Source: Sedimentisphaerales bacterium (GTDB lineage: Bacteria > Planctomycetota > Phycisphaerae > Sedimentisphaerales > Anaerobacaceae). Taken from it: DNA of 64,000 nt. Location: NCBI GenBank assembly GCA_963708075.1, contig OY970194.1:6848001-6912000 (forward strand). The letters run 5' to 3'. The notes beneath the pieces are model-generated. The model did no database searches. It had not been told where the DNA came from and saw only the letters and a list, made by a program, of their open reading frames with translations. This document shows, piece by piece, positions 20,060 to 31,740 of the stretch (positions are counted from its first letter, which is position 1; each line of letters opens with the position of its first letter). The translations under genes were made by a program, and so were the position numbers.

Positions 20060-22737
20060 TCAGAGTCCCGGTTGTCCCGCGACGTCTTCGAGGCAGCGGA
20101 TGATGAGGGCGGTCCAGCCGGTTTGATGGCTGGCGCCGAGGCCCTGGCCGGTCTCGGCGTGGAAGTACTCGTGGAAGAGCAGCGGTTCCTCTTCGCACGG
20201 TCCGGGGGATTTGGGGTGGGCGGGGCGGTTGCCCTTCTCGTCGGGCAGGAAGAGATGGGTCAGCCGCTTCGACAATTCGAGTGACACCTGCCCGAGGGTC
20301 ATCATGTTGCCTGAGCCGGTCGGGAATTCGACCTTCAGGGACGGGCCGTAGAAGTGATCGTATCTTTGCAGGGCCTCGATCAGCAGGTAATTCACGGGGA
20401 ACCAGATCGGCCCGCGCCAGTTGGAGTTGCCGCCGAAGAGGCCCGTCCGTGACTCGCCCGGCGAGTATTCGATCTCGTGCTCGGCGCCGCCCATCCGGAA
20501 GTGGACCGGATTATCCTCGTGGAACCGCGACAGGGACCGGATGCCATAGGGCGACAGAAATTCGTTCTCGTCGAGCAGGTATCGCAGCACCCGTTTGAGC
20601 CGGTCGAGCGACGGGATGGCCAGCAGGTATCGCAGGCCGCCGTCTTTGCTTCTGCACTCCATGTAGGAGATGAATTGGGCCAGGTCCCGGCGGTTCTTCA
20701 GGAACCAGTCGCATCCGCTTCTTGAAGCCGGGCAACCGGTCGATCGGTCTCCTGCTCGATGACCTCGACGGCGATCAGCGGCAGCAGTCCGACGAGTGAC
20801 CGCACCTTGAGCGGCCAGACCTCCTGCCCGCACTGGATCTGGTCGTAGTAGAAACCGTCGTTCTCGTCCCAAAGGCCTGTGCCGCCCAGCGTGTTCATGG
20901 CGCTGGCGATCATGACAAAGTGCTCGAAGAACTTGGAGGCCATGTCCTCGTATGCCTGCTCCTCGCAGGCCAGCTCCAGCGCCATCGACAGCATCGTGGC
21001 ACAGAAGAAGGCCATCCAGGCGGTGCCGTCGGCCTGCTCGAGATATTCGCCGCTGGGCAGGGGCTTGGAGCGGTCGAACAGGCCGATATTGTCCATGCCC
21101 AGGAAGCCGCCGGAGAAGACGTTCCTGCCCGCCGGATCCTTGCGATTGACCCACCAGGTGAAATCCAGCAGCAGCTTCTGGAACGTGCTGGCCAGGAACG
21201 CCCGGTCGCGTTTGCCCGGCGGGGCCGTGATCTTGTACACCCGCCAGCAAGCCCACGCGTGCACCGGCGGGTTCACGTCGGAGAAGTTGAATTCGTAGGC
21301 GGGTATCTTGCCGCTCGGGTGCATGTACCACTCGCGCAGGAACAGGAGGAGCTGTCTCTTCGTGAACTCCGGGTCGATCCGGGCGAAGGGGAGCATGTGG
21401 AAGGCCGTGTCCCACGAGGCGAACCACGGGATATTCCCACTTGTCCGGCATCGACAGCACGTCGCGGTTGAACAGGTGCCACCAGTCGATGTTGCGTCCC
21501 TCCTTGCGGCCGGCCGGCGGCGGGGGCATATTCGGATCGCCTTCGAGCCAGTCTTCGACCGACGTAATGGTAGAACTGCTTGTTCCACAGCAGCCCGGCA
21601 TAGGCCTGGCGCGCGATGGACCGCGCCTGTGGCTCCAGGCTCTCGGGAATGATCTGCCGATAGAAGGCGTCCGCTTCCGCGATGCGCTGCTTGAAGACCT
21701 CATCGAAGCCGGCATCGAAGGGATCACCGATGCCCTCGGCTTCCGCATAGAGTCGAAGCTTGATCTGCGCCTGTCCGTGGCCGCCGATCTTCAGGCGGTA
21801 GTACGGGGCCGCCTTTGTGCCCCGGCCCTTGTCACTGATTGCCGCCTTGTTACCCTTGACCACGTACTCGTGGAAGGCGTCCTTCACATAGGGCGTGTAG
21901 TTCGGCACGTGGAAGAGCCGCAGCGTGTTCGTCTCATTCTCTGTGAACAGCACTGGCGGCTGGTTGCCCGCCGGGTCCGGCCCGATGGCGAACAGGAACC
22001 GGCCGAGCGTCTCATGCTCGGTCCGCAACGTCGAGGCGTTGACCGGCTCGATGTTCGGCTTGGTCGTGCAATCCTCGTGCTTGCAGCCCCAGATCCAGGT
22101 GTTGCGAAACCACAACGTCGGCAGCAGGTGCAGGAGCCGCTCGCGGCCGCTTCGATTGCAGCGCGGTGATCCGGATCAGGATGTCGTTGTCGGAGGCCTT
22201 GGCGTACTCGACGTAGATATCGAAGTACCGGCGGCCGTCGAATATGCCCGTGTCGAGGATCTCAAATTCCGGCTGGTCCCTGCCCCTGCGCCCGTTCTCC
22301 TCCACGAGCTTCTCGTAGGGAAACGCCTCCTGCGGGTATCGGTACAGGCCCCGCATGTACGAATGCGTGGGCGTCGAATCGAGATAGTAGTAAAGCTCCT
22401 TCACGTCCTCGCCGTGATTGCCCTCGTGATTGGTCAGGCCGAATAGCCGCTCCTTGAGGATCGGGTCTTTGCCGTTCCACATCGCCGGCGCGAAGCACAG
22501 CCGGCACTCGCGGTCGGTGAATCCGAGGATGCCGTCCTCGCCCCAGCGGTACGCCCGGCTGCGCGCCATGTCATGCGTGAAGTACTCCCAGCAGTCGCCG
22601 TTCTCCGAATAATCCTCTCGCACGGTACCCCATTGCCGCTCCGCGAGGTACGGCCCCCAGCGCTTCCAGTTCCTCGTGCGCTCGGTATCTTCCCGCAGCC
22701 GATTCCTCTCGGCATTGGCCGTGTTCGCTCCGTTCAT
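20060..22737 (-). CDS. MGH1-like (GH63) glucosidase, broken by several frameshifts
   Basis: [51 protein letters not shown] and [11 protein letters not shown] distributed over four overlapping ORFs. Confidence 0.88.
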
Positions 22738-22915
22738 GGTAGTACCCCCACTATAACGCTCAAGCTGCTCGCCTGACAGCCATACCCGCCCCGGCTCAAG
22801 CCTGCCATGTAGACTCTACTGCCACGCCGCCAGTGGGTTCAACATAGTCTTATCAACCGAATGCGGAAATCCAGTCTCTACGGCTGCAACCGATGCGTTG
22901 GAGGCTCTCGATAGG

Positions 22916-24138
22916 TAGGGCTATCGCATCTAAATGCCAAGGACCTTAAGCAGGTAGTCTCGGTCCCAGCCGGCTCGGAGGCGTTTGGCGGCGATGCCGC
23001 CCTTGGCCGTCTTCTCCTGCTTGAGCAGCATCAGGGCGATTCGACGCAATCGCGAGAAGTTCTCGGCGGCGTTGGCCACTCGGACTCGACTGGCGTCCTC
23101 ATGGAAACTCACGTCCAGCGACCAGTGCAACTGGACCTCCACGGACCAGTGATGGCGAATCAATGTCCCCAGACGCTGGGCACAGTGTCCCGGATGGGAG
23201 CTGATGAAGTAGTGTCGCTTTCGTTCGCACTGGCCGTTGACCTGACGCTCTCGCTCGATGGCCGTGAGGCTGCCCAGACCCGGCCAGTCGTGACGCCCTT
23301 GCAGCCATCCCACATCGCTGGTAGTCCACACCCGGCGGGTTTCCAGTCGTCCATGGCCTTTTTCCACGGTTTCCCAGAAGTCCTGCTCGCCGGCAAACCC
23401 GTGGGCGATGCCGTCCTCCATGTACATCCGGGCATCCTCGTACAGAGTCCCTTGGTTAGCCTTGAGGGCCAGCACATAGTCGCCGCCCTGATCGACGATC
23501 TGCTCGGCGATCTCCTTTTGACAACCCATGGCGTCAATCGTGACGGTTGCCTCCTCCACGTCGAGCAGCTTGAGCAACTCCGGGATCGCGGTGGTCTCAT
23601 TGCTCTTGGCATCGACCGTCCGTTGGCCGAAAGCCACGCAGTTCTCGTGGACCCAGGCACTGACCATGTGCAACGGGCCTTGGGCACGGGCCCGATCAAA
23701 GCTGTTTCGCAGGGTCTTGCCGTCGATGGCGATGTGCTTGCCCCGGCTGCTGCCGGCCAGATCCGCGACAAACGCCTGCATGACCGCTTCAAACGCATCC
23801 GGGTCCAGGGCGGCAAAGACCCGACCAAAGGTATCATGCGATGGAATGCCATTGGGCAGGTCCAGAAACGTGCCAAACCATTCCTCGTTGACGTTGCCGA
23901 ACATCTCTACGTCCGTCCAGTGCTCGGCCCCGCAGATCACGGCACAGACGCCAATGACCAGAATATCCTGTAATTCATGCCGTTTCGTCCGCTCCACGCG
24001 AGGATCAGGAACCGCGGCAAAATGATCCCAAATCGATTTCTTCATCAAAAACGTATTCCTCTCTACTTGAAGTGTCTTGCTTCTGAGAAGAATACGAAAC
24101 CATGCCTGCAAAGGCTCAATTTAGATGCGATTGCCCTG
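22916..24138 (-). mobile_element. Complete ISAs1-family insertion sequence (1223 bp)
   Basis: 20-bp TIRs TAGGGCTATCGCATCTAAAT / CAGGGCAATCGCATCTAAAT (2 mismatches); 10-bp target duplication TCTCGATAGG at 22906-22915 and 24139-24148. Confidence 0.95.
22930..24111 (-). CDS. ISAs1 family transposase (start may be ~24045)
   Basis: [57 protein letters not shown]. Confidence 0.95.
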   Translation of the reverse strand: MQAWFRILLRSKTLQVERNTFLMKKSIWDHFAAVPDPRVERTKRHELQDILVIGVCAVICGAEHWTDVEMFGNVNEEWFGTFLDLPNGIPSHDTFGRVFAALDPDAFEAVMQAFVADLAGSSRGKHIAIDGKTLRNSFDRARAQGPLHMVSAWVHENCVAFGQRTVDAKSNETTAIPELLKLLDVEEATVTIDAMGCQKEIAEQIVDQGGDYVLALKANQGTLYEDARMYMEDGIAHGFAGEQDFWETVEKGHGRLETRRVWTTSDVGWLQGRHDWPGLGSLTAIERERQVNGQCERKRHYFISSHPGHCAQRLGTLIRHHWSVEVQLHWSLDVSFHEDASRVRVANAAENFSRLRRIALMLLKQEKTAKGGIAAKRLRAGWDRDYLLKVLGI

Positions 24139-24233
24139 TCTCGATAGGCCATTGCCACCTGAGGAGAAGGTCTGTACACTATCCTATGCATCGAAGTACT
24201 TTGTTGTCTGATAGAGAAAGAGGTGGAGCCCAG

Positions 24234-25493
24234 ATGATCCGGTTGATTGAAGTGCTGAACTACCGCTCCCTACGCTATATCAGCCAGCCGCTGGAACGAT
24301 TTCACGTGCTTGTAGGTCCGAACGCCAGTGGCAAGACCACTTTCCTGGACGTAATTGCCTTTCTTGGACGAATGGTATCTGATGGACTGGACGCAGCCAT
24401 TGATGAACGTACAAAGAACTTCGTAGATCTCCTTTGGAGACGCGAAGGTACGAGTTTTGAGTTGGCCGTGGAAGCTGATATTCAAGAGGCAAAGGCGCCG
24501 GGTCTTAACGGCAGGTTTGACGCCATCCGTTATGAGGTATCGATAGGTCTGCACCCTGAGACGAACGAGGTCGGGATATTGCAGGAGCGTGCAATGCTGA
24601 AGAAGCAGCATCCTGCCCCACGGGAGCAGCGTTCCTTGTTCCCGATGGAACCGCAGCCACCACGTACGATCATATCCAAGGCCGGCAGGCATGGGGAGCA
24701 GACCGTCTTGAGTAAGGGGCTGCAGGGAAATGACAACTATTACGCGGAGGTCAGGGAGGAGTCTGGTGGGAAGGGATGGATGCCCTCTTTCCGACTTGGA
24801 CCAAAGAAATCGGCACTCGCTAATCTGCCAGAAGATGAGAGAAGATTCCCTGCATCCACATGGTTCAAGCGGTATCTGATGTATGGTGTGCAGACCTTTG
24901 TCTTGAATAGCTTGATGATTCGAAGAGCTAGCCCATCGGGCCAACCCATAGGTTTCAAGCCAGATGGCTCTAATCTGCCCTGGGTGATAGAACGACTAAA
25001 GGCTAGTGAGAAAGACAAGTTTCGAGCGTGGATACACCATCTGCAAACCGCGCTTCCTGATCTTGTCGACATCAGTACGGTGGAGCGGGAAGACGACAAG
25101 CATCGTTACCTGAAGGTCCATTATAAGAACGGCCTTGAAGTACCCTCTTGGATGGTTTCAGATGGGACCCTTCGATTACTGGCCTTGACCCTGCCAGCCT
25201 ACATACCGCGTTTCAGCGGCGTCTATCTTGTGGAAGAGCCCGAAAACGGCATACACCCGGGAGCAATTGAGACTCTATTTCAATCACTTTCATCAGTCTA
25301 CAGCGCACAGATGCTCCTGGCCACTCACTCGACAGTAATCCTGAGCCAAGCCCATTTGGATCAAGTACTGTGCTTCAAGAAGACGGACTTGGGAGCGACG
25401 GACATTGTCGCGGGGCCACAGCATCCGGCCCTCAAAGACTGGAAGGGTCAGCCAAATCTGGATGTTATCTTTGCCAGCGGAGTCTTGGGATGA
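24234..25493 (+). CDS. ABC/AAA_21-type ATPase resembling MAD3 of the methylation-associated defence system
   Basis: Walker A GPNASGKT, signature SDGT, Walker B/D-loop VEEPENGIHP, H-loop ATHS; MAD3 assignment is from remembered family similarity. Confidence 0.75.
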   Translation: MIRLIEVLNYRSLRYISQPLERFHVLVGPNASGKTTFLDVIAFLGRMVSDGLDAAIDERTKNFVDLLWRREGTSFELAVEADIQEAKAPGLNGRFDAIRYEVSIGLHPETNEVGILQERAMLKKQHPAPREQRSLFPMEPQPPRTIISKAGRHGEQTVLSKGLQGNDNYYAEVREESGGKGWMPSFRLGPKKSALANLPEDERRFPASTWFKRYLMYGVQTFVLNSLMIRRASPSGQPIGFKPDGSNLPWVIERLKASEKDKFRAWIHHLQTALPDLVDISTVEREDDKHRYLKVHYKNGLEVPSWMVSDGTLRLLALTLPAYIPRFSGVYLVEEPENGIHPGAIETLFQSLSSVYSAQMLLATHSTVILSQAHLDQVLCFKKTDLGATDIVAGPQHPALKDWKGQPNLDVIFASGVLG

Positions 25494-26140
25494 AATCTCC
25501 CAGTCGTAGGGACTTGATCGTACTCGTGGCTGACAGCAATATGAGAGCCGCCGTCCGTGGATTGCTGTCTCGCGAACAGGCATTGGGTATCGGGACCGTC
25601 GACGTCGAGGTACTGCCGCATCCTCAGAGAGACAGCGGCTGCTGCAAAGGGGGTGTCGATTTTCTGTCGGCCTTTGCGAACCAGTTTCAGCACGCGCTGC
25701 TGATGTTCGACTGGGAAGGCTGTGGCCAGGAGGGATGCTCGCCTACAGACATTGAGGGCGGCCTTGAAGAACGATTGTCAAACTCGGGATGGAGTGACAG
25801 GGCCAGAGTAATTGTGTTGGACCCTGAATTGGAGATTTGGGTTTGGAGTGGGTCTCCTCATGTAGAACAGTGCCTGGGTTGGAACGATCAGAGCATGCCC
25901 CTGAGGGAATGGCTCGTCACTCGCGGATTTCTCCATACAGGTCAACACAAGCCGGTGCGTCCCAAGGAAGCGATGGAGGCTGCTCTCTACGAGAGTCAGA
26001 CACCGCGATCTTCAGCCATTTACCGCCACCTTGCAGAGACGGTGTCACTGAAGGGTTGCACGGATCGTGCATTCCTGAAGTTCACAAACATGATGCAACT
26101 GTGGTTCGCCTGCCAGAGGATGCCCTCCACGGGCGAATGA
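25490..26140 (+). CDS. TOPRIM-like/DUF4276-like partner protein resembling MAD4
   Basis: ATGA overlap with the ATPase; DLIVLVAD, HPQRDSG, FDWEG, PELEIW and RPKEA motifs. Confidence 0.65.
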   Translation: MKSPSRRDLIVLVADSNMRAAVRGLLSREQALGIGTVDVEVLPHPQRDSGCCKGGVDFLSAFANQFQHALLMFDWEGCGQEGCSPTDIEGGLEERLSNSGWSDRARVIVLDPELEIWVWSGSPHVEQCLGWNDQSMPLREWLVTRGFLHTGQHKPVRPKEAMEAALYESQTPRSSAIYRHLAETVSLKGCTDRAFLKFTNMMQLWFACQRMPSTGE

Positions 26141-26261
26141 ATTCCAGCGTCTCGGGATTGTCGAAAGCTTGAATGGGGAGTCGCCCCGAATTACGCCTGT
26201 AAGAGTCTGGTTCGACGCATCGTCTGATTCCACGTTGGTGGTCGGTCCTGTTCCCGGCTTC

Positions 26262-26510
26262 TCACGGGTAGCGATAGACTCTTCCGATCAGTACGCGCGG
26301 CGCTGGGCCGAGATTCACCTTCCACGAGGCTTCGTCGCCGTTGAGGCGGCGGCCCGGCGTCCACCGGCCGTGGCGGAAAGTGCCTTCCTCGATGGACAGC
26401 CAGGCCGTGTTGCCCGGCTTGTCCCGGCGTGACGCAAAGCGGATGCTGTAATTTGTTCCCGCCATCACGAAGGTGTCCGGCGCGGTGGCGATCACGAAAC
26501 CGGCGCGAAG
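26262..26510 (-). pseudogene. C-terminal fragment of a GH35-associated (DUF5597-like) domain
   Basis: DTFVMAG...SIEEGTF..GRW..GRRLNGDE matches the C-terminus of such proteins; no upstream catalytic domain. Confidence 0.5.
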
Positions 26511-26637
26511 CTGAGGGCGTGATGGTGACCAATGGCGCCAGACAAAGCGCCGCCGATACTTCGATCCAGGAAAGGCCGTGGACATGGTGTCGTGCTGCGG
26601 GTATTCGCATGACAGATCCTCCAAGTGTATCCTGTGG

Positions 26638-28127
26638 TTACAGGCGTTCATCCGCGGCTTTGTTTGGCAGTGTGTCCCCCTCATGCACGATCGGATTGGA
26701 GAGCCGTCCGAAGTGGCTCAGCAGCCGGCCGAGGAGCATCGTAATCGCTGTGCCGAGGACGATCAGCCAGGTCCAGCCGAGCTGGAGGTGTCCCGTCTTG
26801 ATCAGCAGGAGCAGGGCGAGGCAGATCAGGGTGCTGATGAGCATGGCGGGGACGTTGGCGAGGTTGGCCTTGTGGCGCGTGAGCAGGCCGAGCAGGAAGA
26901 CGCCGAGCATCGGGCCGCCCGTCACCGCATAAATCTGGAAAGCAAACCAGAGGATGTTCTCCACGGGAGAGCAGGCGACGGCGATTCCCGCGAGGATCAG
27001 GCCGAACCCGATGACCCCGAGGCGCGAACCAGCAGGTAATGTCTCTCCGTGGCCTGCTTGCGGATCAGCGGGCGGTAGATGTCGCGGACGAACGAGGTGG
27101 TCAGTGAGTTCAGCGGCGAATCGACGCTGGCCATGACGATGGCCGCGAGCATCAGACCCTTGAGGCCCGCCGGCAGGACCGTGCGGGCGAAATGCGGCAG
27201 GATCGTCTTCAACTCCTGCGGCAAAGCCAGCTCCGGATGCCGGCCGTAGAAAACGAAGAGGAGCGTTCCGATGAGCAGGTACAGCCAGTAGACGGGCAAG
27301 ACCGTCAGGATCGTGGCGAGGATTGTCTTCTGGCTGCTCCTTCGGGTTTTGACCGTCAGGAGCCGCTGGACCATCTCCTGATCCGCGCCAAAGGAGACCA
27401 GACCGGTGAAGAGCCCGCCGATGGTGCCCGCCCAGAATGTGCCGGCGTCGTTGAGGTTCAGAGCGAAGTTGAACGTGCTGAGCCGGCCTGCTTCCTGTGC
27501 CGTCTGCAGGGCCGGGATCAGGCCGCCGTCCATGTGTCGCAGCAGGTAGCCGACGACGAGAACCCCGCTGAGGATGAAGAAGATGGCCTGATACGCGCCG
27601 GTCCAGACAAGGGCTTTGATGCCGCCGAAGGCGATGAAGAGGATACTGACGAGGGTGAACAGCGCGAGCGTCGCTCCCAGGGGCCAACCGACGATCAGGC
27701 CCACGGCCATGCAGGTGGCATAGAGCCTCACGCCGGAAGCGATCAGACGAGTGACCAGAAAGTAGGCGGAGCCCGTGTACTGCGTGGCCGGGCCGAATCG
27801 GTGGCCCAGGAATTCGTAGATGCTCGTGCAATTGTACTTATAGAATGCCGGGACGAAGAGAAACGCGACGATCAGTCGAGCCACCGCCAGGCCGATCAGG
27901 AACTGAAACCATCGCCAGTTTTCGGTGAAGGCCGTGTGCGGCATGCCGACGAGGGCCAGGGCGCTGATCTCCGTAGCGACAAACGACAGGCACGCGACGA
28001 CCCACGGAACCTGCCGGCCGCCGAGGAAGAAATCCTCCGTGTCCTTCTCCTCGCGCCCGAAGACGTAGGAGATGACGAACAGCAGCAGCACCGCTCCGGC
28101 GATGATCGCGCCATCGATCCCGCTCAA
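26638..28127 (-). CDS. Sodium:solute symporter (SSS), frameshift ~27030
   Basis: DFFLGGR, ATEISA, DQEMVQRLL, DSPLNSL motifs; C-terminal TM helices continue in the 26638 frame. Confidence 0.88.
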
Positions 28128-28202
28128 CGAGCCGGTCAGATGTTGGGTGATTACGTCTTCGATAATCCTTCATCCTTTCCAATCGTTCCGCCCGCGGGAA
28201 CG

Positions 28203-28279
28203 GGGTGCCATGTCTACGCTTGCGTAGACATGCCTGACTCGGAGGCGAACATGCTTACGCAAGCGTAAGCATGGCACCC
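28203..28279. repeat. Palindromic element, family 'GGGTGCCATG...CATGGCACCC'
   Basis: Two inverted hairpin units; related copy inside anmK (29919-30002) and half copy at 20003-20030. Confidence 0.8.
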
Positions 28280-28309
28280 GGCACCCGGACTTCCATGGTT
28301 CACTATATT

Positions 28310-28397
28310 GGGTGGCAGCGTCAAGCGCAGCTTGGCGATGGCTGCAGGAAGCGTAGTAAGACCATCGCCAAGGCCTTCGGCCTTGACGCTGCCACCC
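28310..28397. repeat. Palindromic REP-like element (same family as 425-511)
   Basis: GGGTGGCAGCGTCAAG...CTTGACGCTGCCACCC. Confidence 0.85.
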
Positions 28398-28423
28398 GGT
28401 ACCTCGCACGGGAAAGCCATCTG

Positions 28424-29329
28424 TCAGCACGAGTCCTCGATAGCTCTGCGCAGAGACTGCCCACACTGGTTGAGGATTCGAGTGGCATCCCGCAAATCGA
28501 CCTTGCGAAAATGCATGACCACGGCGGGTTTGAGTTGCCCGTCGGCCCGCCGGAGCAGGGCCTGGGCCCGCGGACGTGAAAGTCCCGTCAACTCCATCAC
28601 GATCCGCATCGAGCGGTCACGCAGCTTATTGTTCACGGCCCGGAGATCGACCATCAGGTTGCCGTACACCTTGCCGAGCTTGATCATGGCGGCCGTCGTG
28701 AGTGTGTTGAGCACGAGCTTCGTGGCCGTACCCGCCTTCATTCGCGTCGAACCCGTGACGATCTCCGGTCCGACGACAGGATTGATGACGATCTCGGCGG
28801 GGATGAACCCGACCGCCTCGGGTGCGCAGGTCACGCAGATGGTTCTGGCCCCGATCCGCCGTGCCTGCTGAAGGGCACCTCGCACAAAGGGCGTCATTCC
28901 ACAGGCCGCCAAGCCCACAACTGTGTCTTTGTCGCTCACGTGCTTCCTGTCGATAGCCTTGGCGCCGTCGTCGGCGTGGTCCTCGGCCCCCTCGATGGAG
29001 CGGACGAGGGCCCGCTTGCCACCGGCGATGATGCCCTGGACCATGGACGGCTTGACGCCGAACGTCGGCGGACATTCGGAGGCGTCGAGGACGCCAAGCC
29101 GGCCGCTCGTACCTGCGCCGACGTAAAAGAGCCGCCCGCCCGCGCGGAACTGCTCCACGATCACGTCAATCGCGGCGGCGATCTTCTCTCGCTGCGAGCC
29201 GACGGCCTGCGGAACCGTACAGTCCTCGCGGTTGATCAGCTCGACAATTTCCAGCGTGGACAATCGGTCGATGTTCGCGCTGGCGGGGTTACGCTTCTCG
29301 GTAGTCGGCAGGCTTCTGCGGTTTGTCAT
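28424..29329 (-). CDS. murQ: N-acetylmuramic acid 6-phosphate etherase
   Basis: TEKRNP, GAGTSGRLGVLDASECPPTF, EGAED, GSTRMKAGTA, GKVYGNLMVD. Confidence 0.95.
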   Translation of the reverse strand: MTNRRSLPTTEKRNPASANIDRLSTLEIVELINREDCTVPQAVGSQREKIAAAIDVIVEQFRAGGRLFYVGAGTSGRLGVLDASECPPTFGVKPSMVQGIIAGGKRALVRSIEGAEDHADDGAKAIDRKHVSDKDTVVGLAACGMTPFVRGALQQARRIGARTICVTCAPEAVGFIPAEIVINPVVGPEIVTGSTRMKAGTATKLVLNTLTTAAMIKLGKVYGNLMVDLRAVNNKLRDRSMRIVMELTGLSRPRAQALLRRADGQLKPAVVMHFRKVDLRDATRILNQCGQSLRRAIEDSC

Positions 29330-30606
29330 CGTCCTGGTACGATCTTTCCCATAACGACCGGCTCGCTCGCCCCCGTGACGCGGGGGAGGTTGTTGGGCAC
29401 GCCCCGGATCGTGGCGTACGCCAGAATCGCGAACGAGACGGCCTCTTTTGCATCCACATCGATTCCAAATTCATCCGTGGAACGGATTCTAACGCCTGCA
29501 AGAGCGGACTGCAACATTCGCACGAGCGTGGCGTTGTGGGCCCCGCCGCCGCACAGGATCATCTCGTCGGGCATCGCGGGCAGGAACCGGCGATAGGCCG
29601 ACGCGATGGTCGAAGCCGTGAACGCGGTCGCCGTCGCGACGATGTCCTCGGGCATGAGCCCCTTTCTGCGGGCCTTATCGTAGAGCCATTCGCAATACTG
29701 CTGCCCGAACTGCTCGCGACCCGTGGATTTCGGCGGCCGGCGCCGAAAGAACGGATGTCGCAGCATTTCCTTCAGGAGCCCCTCATCTGCCGTCCCTTTA
29801 GCCGCCATTGCGCCCCCGCGATCATAGCATCGCTTGCCTTTCGTGATCAGCCGCATCACGCCGTCGATCACCATATTCCCCGGGCCCGTATCAAATGCCA
29901 TCACATCGGCCGGATTCTGGGTGCCATGCCTACGCTCGCGTAGGCATGCCTTCCCATCGTCCTCGCGTATAGCATGTCCACGCAGGCGCGAACATGGCAC
30001 CCGGTCGGTGCCGCCATCCAGAAAGGGCAGGAAGGTCACGTTGGCGATGCCACCGATGTTCTGCACGGCCCGGACCAGCCGGCGGTCGCTGAACAGGATG
30101 TAATCGGCATAGGGCACGAGTGGGGCGCCCTCGCCGCCGGCGGCCATGTCGCGAGGCCGGAAGTCGGCAACGGTCGTGATGCCCGTCCGCTGCGCAATCA
30201 CGGATGGCTCGCCAATCTGGAGCGTGGACCGCACGACTCGCCCCGCGTACCGCCCGCCGTTGGGATTATGATAGATCGTCTGCCCGTGCGAGCCGATCAG
30301 ATCGATGGAATCCAGCGGAATGCCGCTCTCATCGCAGAGCCTGATGACCGCCTCCGCGAACACCTCGCCCAGCACATGATTATAGTGGCAGATGGCATCC
30401 AGCCTCGCCGACTCGGGCCGGCATAGCCGCAGAACCTCGCTCCGCAGCGCCGCCCGATACGGGTACGTATCGAACGCCACCACCCGGACCTGGCGCCCGC
30501 GAATATCGACAATTGCCGCATCGACCCCATCCGCCGACGTCCCCGACATCAGCCCCGCCACCCGCAGAGTCTTCTTCGCCCCAACCCTTGCCAAAGGCTC
30601 ATCCAT
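29326..30606 (-). CDS. anmK: Anhydro-N-acetylmuramic acid kinase carrying an in-frame repeat insertion
   Basis: GLMSGTSADGVD, GSHGQT, DFRPRDMAAGGEGAPL, NIGGIAN, FDTGPGN, KSTGRE, KEAVSFA. Confidence 0.95.
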   Translation of the reverse strand: MDEPLARVGAKKTLRVAGLMSGTSADGVDAAIVDIRGRQVRVVAFDTYPYRAALRSEVLRLCRPESARLDAICHYNHVLGEVFAEAVIRLCDESGIPLDSIDLIGSHGQTIYHNPNGGRYAGRVVRSTLQIGEPSVIAQRTGITTVADFRPRDMAAGGEGAPLVPYADYILFSDRRLVRAVQNIGGIANVTFLPFLDGGTDRVPCSRLRGHAIREDDGKACLRERRHGTQNPADVMAFDTGPGNMVIDGVMRLITKGKRCYDRGGAMAAKGTADEGLLKEMLRHPFFRRRPPKSTGREQFGQQYCEWLYDKARRKGLMPEDIVATATAFTASTIASAYRRFLPAMPDEMILCGGGAHNATLVRMLQSALAGVRIRSTDEFGIDVDAKEAVSFAILAYATIRGVPNNLPRVTGASEPVVMGKIVPGR

Positions 30607-31001
30607 ACCCACACGCCTCTTGCACACTGATCCATTCACCGAGCCATCTGATTATAGCCTTCCCACAGGCTGATCGCACATGAAATGCAGCGGCGACTCA
30701 TGCAGGGCCACAGAAACCACAGAGACCCCAACCCGGCCTTCGGCCGGAGACAATTGCGTTTAGCGCTTTGTGGGTACCGGCGGGGAGACAATCAAACCAA
30801 GCGGCTGGTAGGGACAAGCCTGCCCTCCCCATCGGTACCCTAAATGCGAAAAACGCATCCAAGGTCAGGAGGCGGCCTCGTACGCGCTAGCGGAACGAGC
30901 CTTGCGCAATCACCAACACCATTCAGTGTCACGCCAAGATGTGTAGGACCACGAGGGCTGTGCCCACCTTTCATTCTGACGCGTCGTTATCCGCATCCCC
31001 G

Positions 31002-31325
31002 TCATTCACGTACATTTGTCGGATGTCCGGCGAAGTACTCGAACACGAGAAGAAACGTCCCAACCAAAGACAAGATGAGAAAGAGTACTTGATCGAGACG
31101 TTCGGGAGGAGAATGCCCATCAATCGTCTGAATCGACCACCCTAGGCGCCCAATGGCCGCGACCAGCAGAAACGCCGAGCCCACAAGGAAACATGCCCTT
31201 CTAGCCTTCCCTCTGCAGAGGGAAGGAGTTCGGATTTGTGCTTTTCGTGCCGTAATCCAGGCGATCAGGAAAATGACTCCAACCAACGCGATGGTCTTGA
31301 AATAGTTCAGGATCACCTCGGACAT
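31002..31325 (-). CDS. Small membrane protein of unknown function
   Basis: RBS GGAAGGAG before ATG; three hydrophobic segments. Confidence 0.55.
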   Translation of the reverse strand: MSEVILNYFKTIALVGVIFLIAWITARKAQIRTPSLCRGKARRACFLVGSAFLLVAAIGRLGWSIQTIDGHSPPERLDQVLFLILSLVGTFLLVFEYFAGHPTNVRE

Positions 31326-31410
31326 CGGATCTCCTTCCGCCCCTTGATCCCGCCACATAGTGTGCCGCACGAAGATCGCTTCGTCTCAGAAATGGTGTGC
31401 CAATCCTGCC

Positions 31411-31740
31411 TCATGCGGGGATGCCTTCGCGTTTGATGGTTCGGTATACGAGGAAGGTGCCGTCAGCGAAATCCGCCTCGGTGACGAAAAGGAATGTGAC
31501 GACGGTGTCGTATTCGAGGCTAAGGTCGGCAGCGAGTTGGCTGGTGCGCTCGTGCTCGGCGAAACGGCTGGGAATTTCGTCAAGCACGACGGCGATGTCG
31601 ACGTCGCTGTCGGCGGTCAACTGATCACGAGCGGCCGAACCGTAAAGGTACACGCCGCGCAGACGCTCGCTGTAGATCTCCTCCAGGCCATGGCGGACCC
31701 TGGCGGCGATTTCCATCGCCTCTTGCCGTGTTGTCACCAT
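31411..31740 (-). CDS. Minimal nucleotidyltransferase (MNT antitoxin-like)
   Basis: LYGSAAR...DSDVDIAVV motif, 109 aa, ends IKREG. Confidence 0.88.
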   Translation of the reverse strand: MVTTRQEAMEIAARVRHGLEEIYSERLRGVYLYGSAARDQLTADSDVDIAVVLDEIPSRFAEHERTSQLAADLSLEYDTVVTFLFVTEADFADGTFLVYRTIKREGIPA

